Assembly (NCBI GenBank): GCA_002269645.1
Contig: NIVC01004042.1
Span: 1 to 63,201 of the forward strand
Reading direction: 5' to 3'
DNA length: 63,201 bases
DNA from: Macrostomum lignano
Taxonomy: Eukaryota
Both the position numbers and the translations under genes were made by a program. Below are positions 12,778 through 35,210 of this stretch, one piece after another. The notes beneath the pieces are model-generated. The model ran no database searches. It saw nothing but the letters and a program-made list of their open reading frames with translations, and was not told where the DNA came from. The first letter of the stretch is position 1; the number at the start of each line of letters is the position of its first letter.

Positions 12778-15122
12778 CTACACCCTAACCGACAGTTCAT
12801 CCGGCGAAGGAGGCTCCGGCGGTTCCGGCACGGAGTCGGCCGCCGATCCAACAACACCCCGGATCATATTGCCAGCCGGATCGATGGCAAAGTTAAAATC
12901 AACAATTGGCGAGTCCAAAATCGCCTCGATTTTAGCATCTAAATTGCTTTCGTCAATAAAATCGCCAGCCTGTTCGAGGTCGCGTTTCAGTCGAGCCTGG
13001 AAGCTGAGCACGGCAGCTTGGTCGGCCAGTTCGCTGTCCAGCTGCAGACGGTCGTGCTCATTGCGCAGCTCATCTAGTTGGCGTCGCATCTCATCTACGC
13101 GAAGCTCGGCGCTCCGAGCGTTCCAATCGGCGTTGATTCGTTCGGCTTCGTCAACTTGGCGCTTGGTCTCGGCGCTGTCGGCCAGCTGGTCCTCTTGGCT
13201 GCCGAGCTTGTGCAGACCGTCGGAAGCCTGACGTTGAATGTTCAAATCTCATTTGATTCGTTCCGAATACGAAAAAATCACTTAAACTAAAGCAAAAGCA
13301 CTCTTAGTCTTAAGCTTAATGTTATTAAAAAAACTTTTGTTTAAACGATTACTCCACTCAGACACTTACATTAACTACATGTAGATGAAAAAACGGAGTG
13401 CCTAATTCTTTTTTTCAGTAGCTCCCTTGACTATATATCCTTTCTTTCACAACAGCTGTGGCACCCCTTGTATTGGCACCTTATGTGCTGGCGCCCTTAA
13501 TGCTGACACCCTTTGTGCTGGCGCCCTTAATGCTAGCGGCCCTTGTGTTGGCGCCTCTTGTGATGGCGCCCTAATGCTGGCGCTCCTTGTGCTGGCGCCC
13601 TTAATGCTGGCACTCCTTGTGTTGGCGCCCTTAATGCTGACACCCCTTGTGCTGGAGCCCTTAATGCTGGCGCTCCTTGTGTTGGCGCCCTTAATGCTGA
13701 CACCCCTTGTGCTGGAGCCCTTAATGCTGGCGCTCCTTGTGTTGGCGCCCTTAATGCTGACACCCCTTGTGTTGGAGCCCTTAATGCTGGCGCTCCTTGT
13801 GTTGGCGCCCTTAATGCTGACACCCCTTGTGCTGGAGCCCTTAATGCTGGCGCTCCTTGTGTTGGCGCCCTTAATGCTGACACCCCTTGTGTTGGAGCCC
13901 TTAATGCTGGCGCTCCTTGTGTTGGCGCCCTTAATGCTGGCACTCCTTGTGTTGGCGCCCTTAATGCTGACACCCCTTGTGCTGGCGCCCTTAATGCTGG
14001 CACTCCTTGTGTTGGCGCCCTTAATGCTGGCACTCCTTGTGTTGGCGCCCTTAATGCTGACACCCCTTGTGCTGGCGCCCTTAATGCTGGCACTCCTTGT
14101 GTTGGCGCCCTTAATGCTGACACCCCTTGTGCTGGAGCCCTTAATGCTGGCGCTCCTTGTGTTGGCGCCCTTAATGCTGACACCCCTTGTGTTGGAGCCC
14201 TTAATGCTGGCGCTCCTTGTGTTGGCGCCCTTAATGCTGGCGCTCCTTGTGTTGGCGCCCTTAATGCTGGCACTCCTTGTGTTGGCGCCCTTAATGCTGG
14301 CACTCCTTGTGTTGGCGCCCTTAATGCTGGCACCCCTTGTGTTGGCGCCTTATGTGCTGGCGCCCTAAGCTGGCGCTCCTTGTGTTGACGCCCTTAATTC
14401 TGGCACCCCTTGTGTTGGCGCCTTATGTGCTGACGCCCTAAGCTGGCGCTCCTTGTGTTGGCGCCCTTAATGCTGGCACGCCTTGTTTTGGCGCCTTATG
14501 TGCTGGCGCTACTTGTGTTGACGCCCTTAATGCTGGCACCCCTTGTGTTGGCGCCTCTTGTGATGGCACCTTAATGCTGGCGCTCCTTGTGCTGGCGCTC
14601 TTAATGCTGGCACCCCTCGTGTTGGAGCCCTTAATGCTGGCGCGCCTAATGCTGGCCGCATCGATGGCGCTCCCAAAAAACGCGGCCATCGCAATAAAAA
14701 TTCCTGGCTTCAACCCTAATACGTGGCCCGTGAGACACTTGCCCTTTAGCCCTGAACATCTAGTATTGCTTATTAGGGGCATTCAAGGCTAGAAATATGC
14801 ATTAGAGAATTAACTGGCGTACCCGCTCCCCAGGCAACAATAGCCGACCGTGCAATTCATAATAGAAAGCCTGCTGCAACGCATTCAGCTGCATCTCATA
14901 GCTGGCCCAACGGCTTTCAAATATGGCCACAGCGTCCGGGTCGCGTTTGTGCCATTCGCGAACTCGAAACGCTTTCACTTTGGGATGAGGAATCACTCGC
15001 GGATTGCGGTGCGGCCGCTGGCGAAAGTTTTTAAACAGGTGGCCGATGCCGCGCGATGCTGCATAGGCTCGGCTGCATAGCAACGGCAGCATTCGCTGCA
15101 CTTTGCTAGTACGCAGCGCCAT
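12778..15122 (-). CDS. MRPS26: Mitochondrial small-subunit ribosomal protein mS26
   Basis: Exons 15122-14823 (donor GTACGC) and 13227-12778 (acceptor CAG), phase 0. The N-terminus has a basic presequence and PRVIPHPKVKAFRV. The C-terminus has FIDESNLDAKIEAILDSPIVDFNFAID, the mS26 C-terminal motif. Confidence 0.8.
13485..14650. repeat. 30-bp minisatellite in the MRPS26 intron
   Basis: Unit CCTTAATGCTGGCGCTCCTTGTGTTGGCGC with alternating variants; it explains the LMLALLVLAP and ALRAPTQGVP ORFs. Confidence 0.95.
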
Positions 15123-17220
15123 GCATTGTTTTCACAAGCCAGATGGAAGAATCCCGATACTGATCCTTATCAAAGAATCCTCATTCTGAAATCCTGGGAT
15201 CCCAATCATTAAATCTTGGTATTCCCAATTCGAATGCAGGATCCCGATTCTCGCTTGTAGTCCTGAACTCCTGGTATTCTAATTATTAAATCCCAGAATT
15301 TCCAACCTTGAATCCAAAATGCTGGTCTGAGATCCCGGGATCCGAATCTTGAAATCTCGGGATCCTGATTCTTAAATCACAGGACGCCAATTTAGACATC
15401 CAGGGTCCCAATTCTTAAATCCATGGACCCCAGTTCAGACATCAAACAATCCTTAAATCCAATGATTTCCAATCCCAATTCTAAAATCTAAAATCCCAAA
15501 TCATTTACACAAGGCATACAATGGCCTATGTTTCTTATTGTTAGGAATGTATGCACACCTTATGGCTTGACAATTGTCATTTGGTGATTGATAGACACAG
15601 AGTTAGACAGATTAACCACTAAGCCACTTTGCCTCTTGCCCCATATTTAGACATGCACAGAGGTTTAAAAGGATCCTAATCCTAATATTGTTGTCCCAAG
15701 ATCTAAATTTTGCAAGATCTAAAAACATTAACATTTAATATTTAGAGCCAATATTATATAAACTGTATATTTCAATTCTAAATCCTAGGATTTTAGCAAA
15801 AAAATATGAAATCTCATACAAAAAACCTTAACTCTGTCTGACTTAATTATTAAACCACATTATTACAAACTATAAAACTTATAGAGTATTAAATTAGCAT
15901 TTTTAAAAACTAAATTGAAATAGATAATATTAAGGACTCCAGTGAGATTCTTGAAGTAATTTTTTTAATTAATAAATCTTACCTGCCCAAGGTAAAAAAC
16001 ACAATTTTTTTTTAAATTTGTCAAATAATAAAACCATTACAAAACTTCTCATATCTTGTTTATATGCCTAATAAGTCATTTTAGCTTTTATCACTTTGTC
16101 TTTTGATGAGAATAAAGCAAATATAATTAGAATAGCAAAAACCTTTGTAACAATACTTACTAAAGTCACTCTTAGGCCTAAATGTATAGGGGAACTATAG
16201 AAAATTATTTTTTTTTACTATTTTTGCATAGTTAATGCAATGTCTAATATCATTACCTTTTATTATAAACAAATTAACAGATTAAAAAGTTGTTTTTTAA
16301 TTATAACAACAAATTTAACCTATTGACAAAAATAAAAATAGTAAGAGTTTTATAAAAAATTCTAACATACTTGATATAAAAATTAGTAAAATAAAAAAAT
16401 TAAGTTCATTATATGTATTGGATTTGACTTTTATTTCCAATGACTCTTATGCTTGAACACATCATTTTTATTCAATGTTAAAGTTATATAATATAAAGCC
16501 TTTAGTTTTTACAAATTTCAATATTTGAATAAGATTTCAATGAAAATAATAGCAAGACTATTTTGATATTATAACAATCCAATGAAAGCTAGATATCTTA
16601 TACTTTCTATAAAAAGTTACTTCTCTATAAAAAGTATGAAAAATTAGGGCCTATTTTATATTATACTTGCTTTTACTTTATATAATTGTATTTCAAGATG
16701 ATTTAGTTCAAAACAAAACCCTTTTTTTCAATACATATATTAAAAATGGTCTGTTGGTAGGTATGCAATTGATTTTAGTTTTACCTAAATGCCTAATTAA
16801 TCTCATTGTTTATGTCCTATGACAATGATCATGCAAATGTAACAATTTCTTACTAATGAACTTTAATAATAAATTAAAATTATAGACTTTATTGCTTGCA
16901 TATGAGTATTGATCATTTTGATTTATTTCTTTCCCAATCTTTTGTAATTTTTTTTGCTATACCAACTAATGCTACTAAATAACCTTACAATTTATATTTA
17001 TTATTAACTGATTAGCTTTAAAGTTTCAAATCAATATATCACTTTTTTATTATATGCTTACTTTTAGTAATAGTGGTAAGTCATTCCACAATAGGGTCCC
17101 GTCATGTTTTTGAACTTTAAGCACTTGTAACTTTGCACTATAATAGATAGAATAAAGCTGCAAAAAGCAATCTATGTCAAATTTCTAGTTCTATACTTAT
17201 ACTTATATATGCACAATCTT

Positions 17221-17354
17221 GGGAATCACTTAGCCATTTCTATTGGCAACATACATATGTAAGTTGCTATTAGCTAAGAGTAGTCACATGACAACTATTC
17301 CATCTAATGACAACTTACATATGTGTTGCCAATAGAAATAGCCAGGTGAATCCC
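17221..17354. repeat. Imperfect inverted repeat, ~52-bp arms and ~30-bp spacer
   Basis: Left arm GGGAATCACTTAGCCATTTCTATTGGCAACATACATATGTAAGTTGCTATTAG compared with the reverse complement of the right arm, GGGATTCACCTGGCTATTTCTATTGGCAACACATATGTAAGTTGTCATTAG. Confidence 0.9.
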
Positions 17355-18539
17355 TAGGTTGCGCCCCAGCATGTCTATACTTTTCATATAGCTGCTTATG
17401 AATTTTAAAAAAATTAAAATTAAAAATAAAATTAAAATTAAAAAACACAGTAGAACATAAACTATGCTAATAGCCATTTGATTAGATTATATGTAAAAAG
17501 TTTTTAAAATTATTATTTATTACTTTTTTAGCTTGTAAATTGCTTGGATGACCTGCGTTTCACTAAAAAGATAGGAAAAGCAAAGACAATGTATTATAAT
17601 ATAGTCTATTTTTTAAAAGTTCAAGATTTTTGTATTTTCTATAAGGCCTATTAACTTTAAATTAATAGATTAATGCTTATTAATGCTCAATTTTTAGTTA
17701 ATTTATTAAAGAATTAATATGTTAGGATTTTGTTTTAATGCTAACACTAACACTATTTATTGCCATTATGGCATTAATAGAAGTTAAGATTTTCATTAAC
17801 ACTTATTTATTAACACTATTTTTAAAGTCATTAACACTGACCCAACACTGATTTATAGGCCTATATATAATCATAAATATAAGTATAACACCAAAGCAGA
17901 AACATTGCCTACAAAACTTAGAAGTCTAATTTATCTATTATAGGCCCTACTTAAAAAATATTGAATAAGTGCCATGGCCAGATACAAAATAATTGCTATA
18001 AATTCATAATTCATTTCAAAGTAAAAGCATTATTAGCCAACTTAGTAGGTTAGGTCAGGTCAGGTTAGGCCTAGGTGGCCCTTGCTTTTTTATAAATCAG
18101 AACTGCAGGCTAAAAGAAACAGCTTGCAGACTATTCATCAAGTTAATATGTCTAAGCATAGCCTATCTAAGTCAAGCCTAGCCTAATATGTGCAAGTGAC
18201 AAGTTAGTTGCTTGCAACCATTGGCATTACATTAGGACCATGGAGCAAATATTCCTAGGCCTACCTAAGCTTAATAAAGGCTAAATCAAAGCCACTGACA
18301 CAAATCAATAATGAATTGATATTTTATCTGCATAGTCTGCATAGCTAATACTAAATTAAGCTAGTTAGACTTCACTCGTGCATGCATTCTCACAGTCATC
18401 AAAGTTACATAATAGGCATAAAATAGTCATATAGGCCTATAGATCATAGGACATAAAGATTAAATAAATGACTAATATTAGACCCATAAGGCCCAAGGCA
18501 GGCAAACAAGCGTATTAACTTAGGACAGAGAAACGAAGA

Positions 18540-18718
18540 ACTTATTAAAAACCGACCATTGGCTATATGAATTTTAGACTTAGTTAGAAATTGCATACAA
18601 GCAAGCAACCAAGCAATTACTAGACTTTAAGTTTTGGTGAAGAAACGGCGAAAATCGGTTGAGCCTTTCGGGAGATAATCGATTGCATACATACAAGCAA
18701 TTTTTGTATATTAGATTC
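18540..18718 (+). mobile_element. Possible 3' end of a non-autonomous Helitron-like element
   Basis: AAAATCGGTTGAGCCTTTCGGGAGATAATCGATTGCATACATACAAGCAATTTTTGTATATTAGAT resembles, from memory, the AAATCGG..AGCC.TT..GAG..AT / (CATA)n / TATATAGAT ending of invertebrate non-autonomous Helitron-type elements. No 5' end was identified. Confidence 0.35.
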
Positions 18719-19661
18719 AATTACTCGTTTGTGCTTTAGTGTTTTTTATGTATTGTGAACTCGAATCAATAGGTTATTAGGCTTTGCATTAATGCACGCA
18801 TTAAGCATAAGGGCCTATCATTGATTTATGATAAGAACTCACGGAATATTAAGCACGTTTTAAATGGGATTAAAACACAATTGAAAACTTTTCGCTTCTA
18901 TATTAAATACCGTTTCAGCAAGTGCGAAATATTTTGATTTTAAAATAAAAAAACATACTTCTTCAGTTTAACTGAGTGAATACGATTTTTCTAAAAAAAT
19001 TCTTATCAGTTGTAACCAGGAGTGGAACTCGGCTTTGGTTTGGTTTCAATCGAATTCTGATAATTTCACTTTATAACCAAGCCAAAAGACCTCCATGATC
19101 TTAATAAATCTGATCTTCATAATTCGACGCAAAAAGTAGACATTATTTGCTTGGTTTCGCATTTTGTCGAATTCGTGGATAGAGTTGTTACTATTGAATA
19201 TAATTTGCAAAAGTATATTTTTGCTTTCGGCTTATGTTGGAAGTACAGGATCATATATTCCCAATTGACATACTTAGCTAAACTAATGTTAACTGAATTC
19301 TTGCTCATACTGAATGTCCCATGGATAATGTACATGTGAAATGTTTTATGTAATTTTCATGTAAACCGTAAATTTTATCAAAGTGATTTCTTTTTCATAA
19401 TCTTTTGGTTTCCTTCATAGGATTATAGAAATAATAAGCAAATTAGAGTATGAGCAAATTATAATATGTATGTGAAAGCCGTCTTTGTTTTATGTATGCT
19501 TTATATACTTCAAAGTTGGTTGACTGCATGTACGAGCCATATTGTGCTATCGTGTTTATACAGGCGCGTGTGATCGTTCTTTTTGTACATATTTTTCTAT
19601 AATTTTTAACTATCTTTCAATTTTTCCATAAACAAATTTATGCCAAGAAATTAATAATCCA

Positions 19662-30237
<10,576 letters not shown>

Positions 30238-31816
30238 GCCGAATCTTCTTTTAAATTATATTAATTTAAAAGATTAATGGACCTGGAATTTGCGCAGATT
30301 TCTCCTTGACACCTCGGAGTGTCTCTAGAAACCCACGCTCAAGGACCAGTGGTAAAGTAATGAGACGGACGAAACCTAAAAAAATTATGGACAAAATCAT
30401 ATCAGTATCTCACCTTATTGAACTCCAAGATGTATTTATAAAGCTGAGATTTTTTATAGAAATAGGAGTTCAATTTGGTGTTCAATTTGAGTTTAAATAG
30501 AATGTCGATAATTTTCTAGGTGTCACTTCATTTTACTATTATATCAGTGGTCCTTGACCAGCTGGACCATGCATGGCACCAAACGACAAAAAATATAGGG
30601 CTCGTACGTTCCTTGACCGGCCTCTCCGGATCATTTCTAAGAAAATCTAGTGTATAGCTAGCGTCCTTCTATACTCCCAATCTTCCAACCCTATCAAAAG
30701 ATCAAGGTCCATATATATTATTAATGTTTCGAGTCCTAAATGAACAGATAGCGAGGGGATAGCAACCTCGTCCTTCCAACACGAATACAGATCCTGAATC
30801 AATGCGTGCAATCAGTCAGTTGCTATCCGTGTTTATCACCGCTGATTCAAATCCATGCTTTCTATAATCCAAATGTTTATCAGTTTTATTTATTCAAAGT
30901 ACGATCGTATTACCAAATTTTCTTGGATTAACAATTTTTTTACTGATTTTGATTTATCAATCATCGACGTGTTCAATTTTTTGTTTCAAATTTTTATGAA
31001 GTCTGAATTATTATATTTTTTCCTAGGCCTACTCAGTCTTTGATTTTTACAGTTTACCTGCTTGTACGATTTTTTCAAAGGTGCAATCGATTCTATACTT
31101 CAACCATGTACTGATTATAGCTGCCCTTAGATGTGCAGAAATGAAACGAAGAAGCAAATAATTTTTGGTTAAGGACGACACAGTTTAACACGATATGGCT
31201 AAATTCAAGACTGTAGTATTGTATTTATTTCTTATATTTTAAACGAAAAGGGACTGAAAGAAAGTCTAGTTAGTTGCGCATTAATAATGACGAATGGACG
31301 AATTCGAACAAAAGGGACAGGAAGAGGTGCTTCTAGATGTTATTTAATATCCGGGGTTCAAAGTATCGACTATCTTAATAGAAAAAATATAGATAACAAT
31401 AATAACTACTTGGTCTACTATAAAGAAACCGGAGGAAGTTGAGCGACGTGAAATAAAATATTAAATACTATTTCTAATCGCTAATAAACTAAGCGTTCTG
31501 TTTGCTGTCAAAGGTTACACCGGGGGGTTTGGCGGGGGATAGAAAGCTGCTATAATGATTTATAACAGAAAAAAAACACAACTAAGATTTGTGTAAGCTA
31601 TTCAAGCTGGTTTAGAAGTGCTTCTTAGGCGTATGAAAAATGGCGCTAAAGATGGATTTGAATCAATTAGAAAATCGAGCAATAGACAGCTGACAGAGTT
31701 AAGCACAACATTGAAATCGCTAGAGTTAGTTCGACGCTAATAACAGGCTATTATAGCTAAATTAACTGAGTTCCGATCTGGCTGTCAAATCATCATACAG
31801 CCAAGGTGTTCACCTC

Positions 31817-33367
31817 TCAAGCCTTGGGGTTGCGAAACTTCTTGCCAGCGTACGTGGCCTTGGCGCCCAGCTCCTCCTCGATGCGCAGCAGCTGGTTGTA
31901 CTTGGCCAGGCGCTCGCTGCGGCACGGGGCGCCAGTCTTGATCTGGCCGGTGCACAGGCCAACAACCAGATCAGCGATGGTCGTGTCCTCAGTCTCGCCG
32001 CTCCGGTGGGACACCATGACGCCCCAGCCGGCGGCCTGTGACATCTTGCAGGCCTGGATGGCCTCGGTGACCGAGCCGATCTGGTTGACCTTCAACAGCA
32101 GGGCGTTGCAGGCCTTCTTGTCGATGCCGGTCTGCACGCGCTCGGGATTGGTGACAAGCAGGTCGTCGCCAACAATCTGGATGCTGACGCCGCCGGTGAA
32201 CTTGGTGTAGGCGGCCCAGTCGTCCTGATCGAAGGGATCCTCGATGCTGACAATGGGGTACTTGGCCATCATTGACTTGTAGACGTCGGCGAGCTGGTCG
32301 GAGCTCAGCCAGGCGGACTTGTCGCTGTTGGGATTCTTGAAGTCCAGATCGTACTTGCCGTCCTTGCAGAACTCGGAGGCGGCGACGTCCATGCCAATCT
32401 CGATTCGGCCGGTGTAGCCAGCCTTGTCGATGGCCAACTTCACAAGCTCGAGGCCTTCGAAGTTGTCCTGTAAATATATTAACGCAATCATTTTGAAATT
32501 TAAAGTGCAAAAACAATTGGTAAAAGTACATAATGCATAGTGCTTCTTGTCCTTTTATTCGTAAATATTCTGTTAAAATTTGCACTAAAATTTAAACGTC
32601 AATACATTTAAGCACCTTGCAAACTTGTATGACCTCTAAAAATAGATTCATAAAAACGAAAAGAATGTTTTATACTTTTATTTGATGATTTTAACAAAAT
32701 TTTAGTAAGAACGCACCTGGATATTCGGCGCAAAGCCACCCTCGTCTCCGACGTTGCAGGCGTCCTGGCCATACTTGGACTTGATGACGGCCTTCAGATG
32801 ATGATAGACCTCCGAGCCCATCTGCATAGCTTCGGTGAAGCTGGTGGCCCCGGTCGGCAGGATCATGAACTCCTGCATCGCCAGCTTGTTGCCGGCATGC
32901 GAGCCGCCGTTAAGCACATTGAATGCCGGTACTGGCAGGCAGATCTCGGTGTTGCCAGCCAGCTGGGCAAAGTGCAGGTACAGCGGGATCGTCTTCTCGG
33001 CGGCGCCAGCCTTAGCAACGGCCAGCGAAACGCCCAGGATGGCGTTGGCGCCCAGTTTGCCCTTATTCTTGGTACCGTCCAGTTCCATCATGAACTTGTC
33101 AATTTCCTCCTGCTGGGTGCAGGTGAACTTCTTGGCCAGCAGAGCCGGAGCAATAATCTCTTTGACATTGCTGACGGCCTTGAGGACACCCTTGCCGTGG
33201 TAGGTTGTGCCCTTGTCGCGCAGTTCAACAGCCTCGTAGATACCAGTCGAGGCGCCAGACGGGACGGCGGCGCGGAACAGACCTTTGTCGGTGCAAACAT
33301 CAACTTCAACGGTTGGATTGCCGCGCGAGTCGAAGATCTGCCTGGCTGTGATGCTTCGCAGGGCCAT
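31817..33367 (-). CDS. ENO: Enolase (phosphopyruvate hydratase), 433 aa
   Basis: Exons 33367-32717 and 32467-31817, phase 0. Motifs: [60 protein letters not shown] and [16 protein letters not shown]. Confidence 0.99.
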
Positions 33368-34457
33368 TTCGCTAGTGTTTTGATTAGTAGAGTAGAGAGA
33401 ATAAAGGGATTTCTAGGCAAAGCTGTCTTTAGTACGACGTCTCGTTTCAATTGAGGTTGGCAGTGGAGTTTTTTAGTAGTGCCTTTGCTTCACTATTATA
33501 TGGCTATTCACTTTTCTAGCCGTTTTTCTCTTACCCGCTCCTCTCTATCTCTCTTCCACTTGAGTGTACAAGGACGAACAAATGTACGTAGCACGGGGTG
33601 GGGCCATCTAGTCTGGTCTGAGCCGGCGGGGCTTTAGCTGACACTCTGCTGCGCGATCGATAAGCCCTAGAGAGCTTGATGTACATTCTGTCTGGGGTAA
33701 AAACCTTCAGTCCTTCTATATGCTAGCTTTGCTTGCAGCCTACCCGTGCCCTGTGGAAAGTAGGGGGAGAGCTAGGTATGAACACACATCGCGTATTGCC
33801 CACACCCAAGCACAGCACAAAGCAAAGCTGCTTGCTGGTTTGTCCTTTGCATGAACCCCCTATTCAATGCCTACACGGCTACGGCATGCTGTTGTGTTGA
33901 TAACACAAGGCTTATGTGTACTTCAATCCAATCCCCGCGTATGCATGGCTATCAAGGCAATTTTAATGGCTAATAATGTGTCAGTAATTTCTTTAGTAGC
34001 GGTTATAGTATGTGCGTATTTTTTTATGCCTCTCAAAATGTCCTTTATTCTAAATCTAAAGAATAGTTCGACAAGAGCACGTACAACGCAGTAAAATTCA
34101 AAGAGTATAAACAATAAGGTAAATAGTTGTAACAGAAAATAAGTCAATCTGTATATTTGATAGCAGTTGAAAAGATAAGCGAGAGGAACCGAAAGTAATT
34201 GATGTACTTTAAGGCTGATTTGTACATCTAGCCCATTTTTGCATCTGAAATACGGAATGTACACTTTACGTATGTACAAACTATTTAAAATACTCAAGTA
34301 TAACGCAGTCCGTCAGTTACGATAAAAAACCTCCGTCTACTGTGCAAGGCCCGACTCCTGGAGAGTGGAGAGTCAATTTATCAATCTTATATGAATTAGC
34401 ATGAGACTTAGCACACAAAGGCAAAATGGAGTTAAATGGAGTTGAAAATTGAGTTGC

Positions 34458-35210
34458 TTAACTATCGGGCGCGCTCGTCTCAGGTGCGGCGCGCGCAGGA
34501 GCTGGCGCCACTAACCGGATGTTCGGGCACGATCGGTGAACCTCCAGCCTAGCCAGCGCTTCGACGGGCTTGTCGGCGTCCTCCCCGGTGCAGTCGGAGG
34601 CGTTGACCACGATAGCTGGTAGCGGTCGCCCGGATGCAGTGACAGTAGACACCTCAGGAGCCGCTGGATCCGCCGCTGTCGACTGCTGCTGCTGCCTCGC
34701 TGACAAGTAGCCAGGCGGCGGCGTCGGCGGCATGCCGAGGTGATCGACGCTCTCAAAGTAGCTGGGCGGCGGAGTCGGATAGCGGTATCCGACAACTCCG
34801 GCAGTCAGCCAAGACGGCGTCGCCCGCCGCGCTGGTGCCACCTGATGTCGTCTGGAGCGCCCGTGTCTACGCCGGCGCCGCCCGTTGTTGTCGCGAGTTT
34901 CAACGCCGGACTCTTCGTCGAAGTCGCCATCAGCATCGGGACAGCAGCAGAGCCTACAGTCCATCACCTTGCAACAGCTGCACAAGCAGAAGAATAGCAA
35001 GCCGATCACCAGCAAAATGCTCACAATGATCAGCGCGTTGAACAAGACGCCCGACAGTTCGCTGGACCGACCACCTGGCGAAGCGGTGGATGGCTCGGTG
35101 AACGCCGACATCAGCTGTTGCTCATTTTCGTCAACTGGCCAGCGCCGCCGTTCCGAAGGCTGCGTTGGCAACAGATGCGACAGCCAGGTCGCGCTGTCCC
35201 AGTGCTGCAT
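34458..35210 (-). CDS. Uncharacterised single-pass membrane protein with juxtamembrane Cys cluster and two PPxY motifs (WBP1/VOPP1/Shisa-like architecture)
   Basis: A 250-codon GC-rich ORF (ATG at 35210). It has a hydrophobic stretch VLFNALIIVSILLVIGLLFF, then CLCSCCK..CRLCCC, an Arg-rich patch, PPPSY and PPPGY. Confidence 0.7.
   Translation of the reverse strand: MQHWDSATWLSHLLPTQPSERRRWPVDENEQQLMSAFTEPSTASPGGRSSELSGVLFNALIIVSILLVIGLLFFCLCSCCKVMDCRLCCCPDADGDFDEESGVETRDNNGRRRRRHGRSRRHQVAPARRATPSWLTAGVVGYRYPTPPPSYFESVDHLGMPPTPPPGYLSARQQQQSTAADPAAPEVSTVTASGRPLPAIVVNASDCTGEDADKPVEALARLEVHRSCPNIRLVAPAPARAAPETSAPDS

Noticed and set aside
18700-19661. RFX X-box expected upstream of the ciliary gene CFAP57
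   Set aside because: I found no convincing GTTNCCATGGNAAC match; only partial half-sites further upstream.
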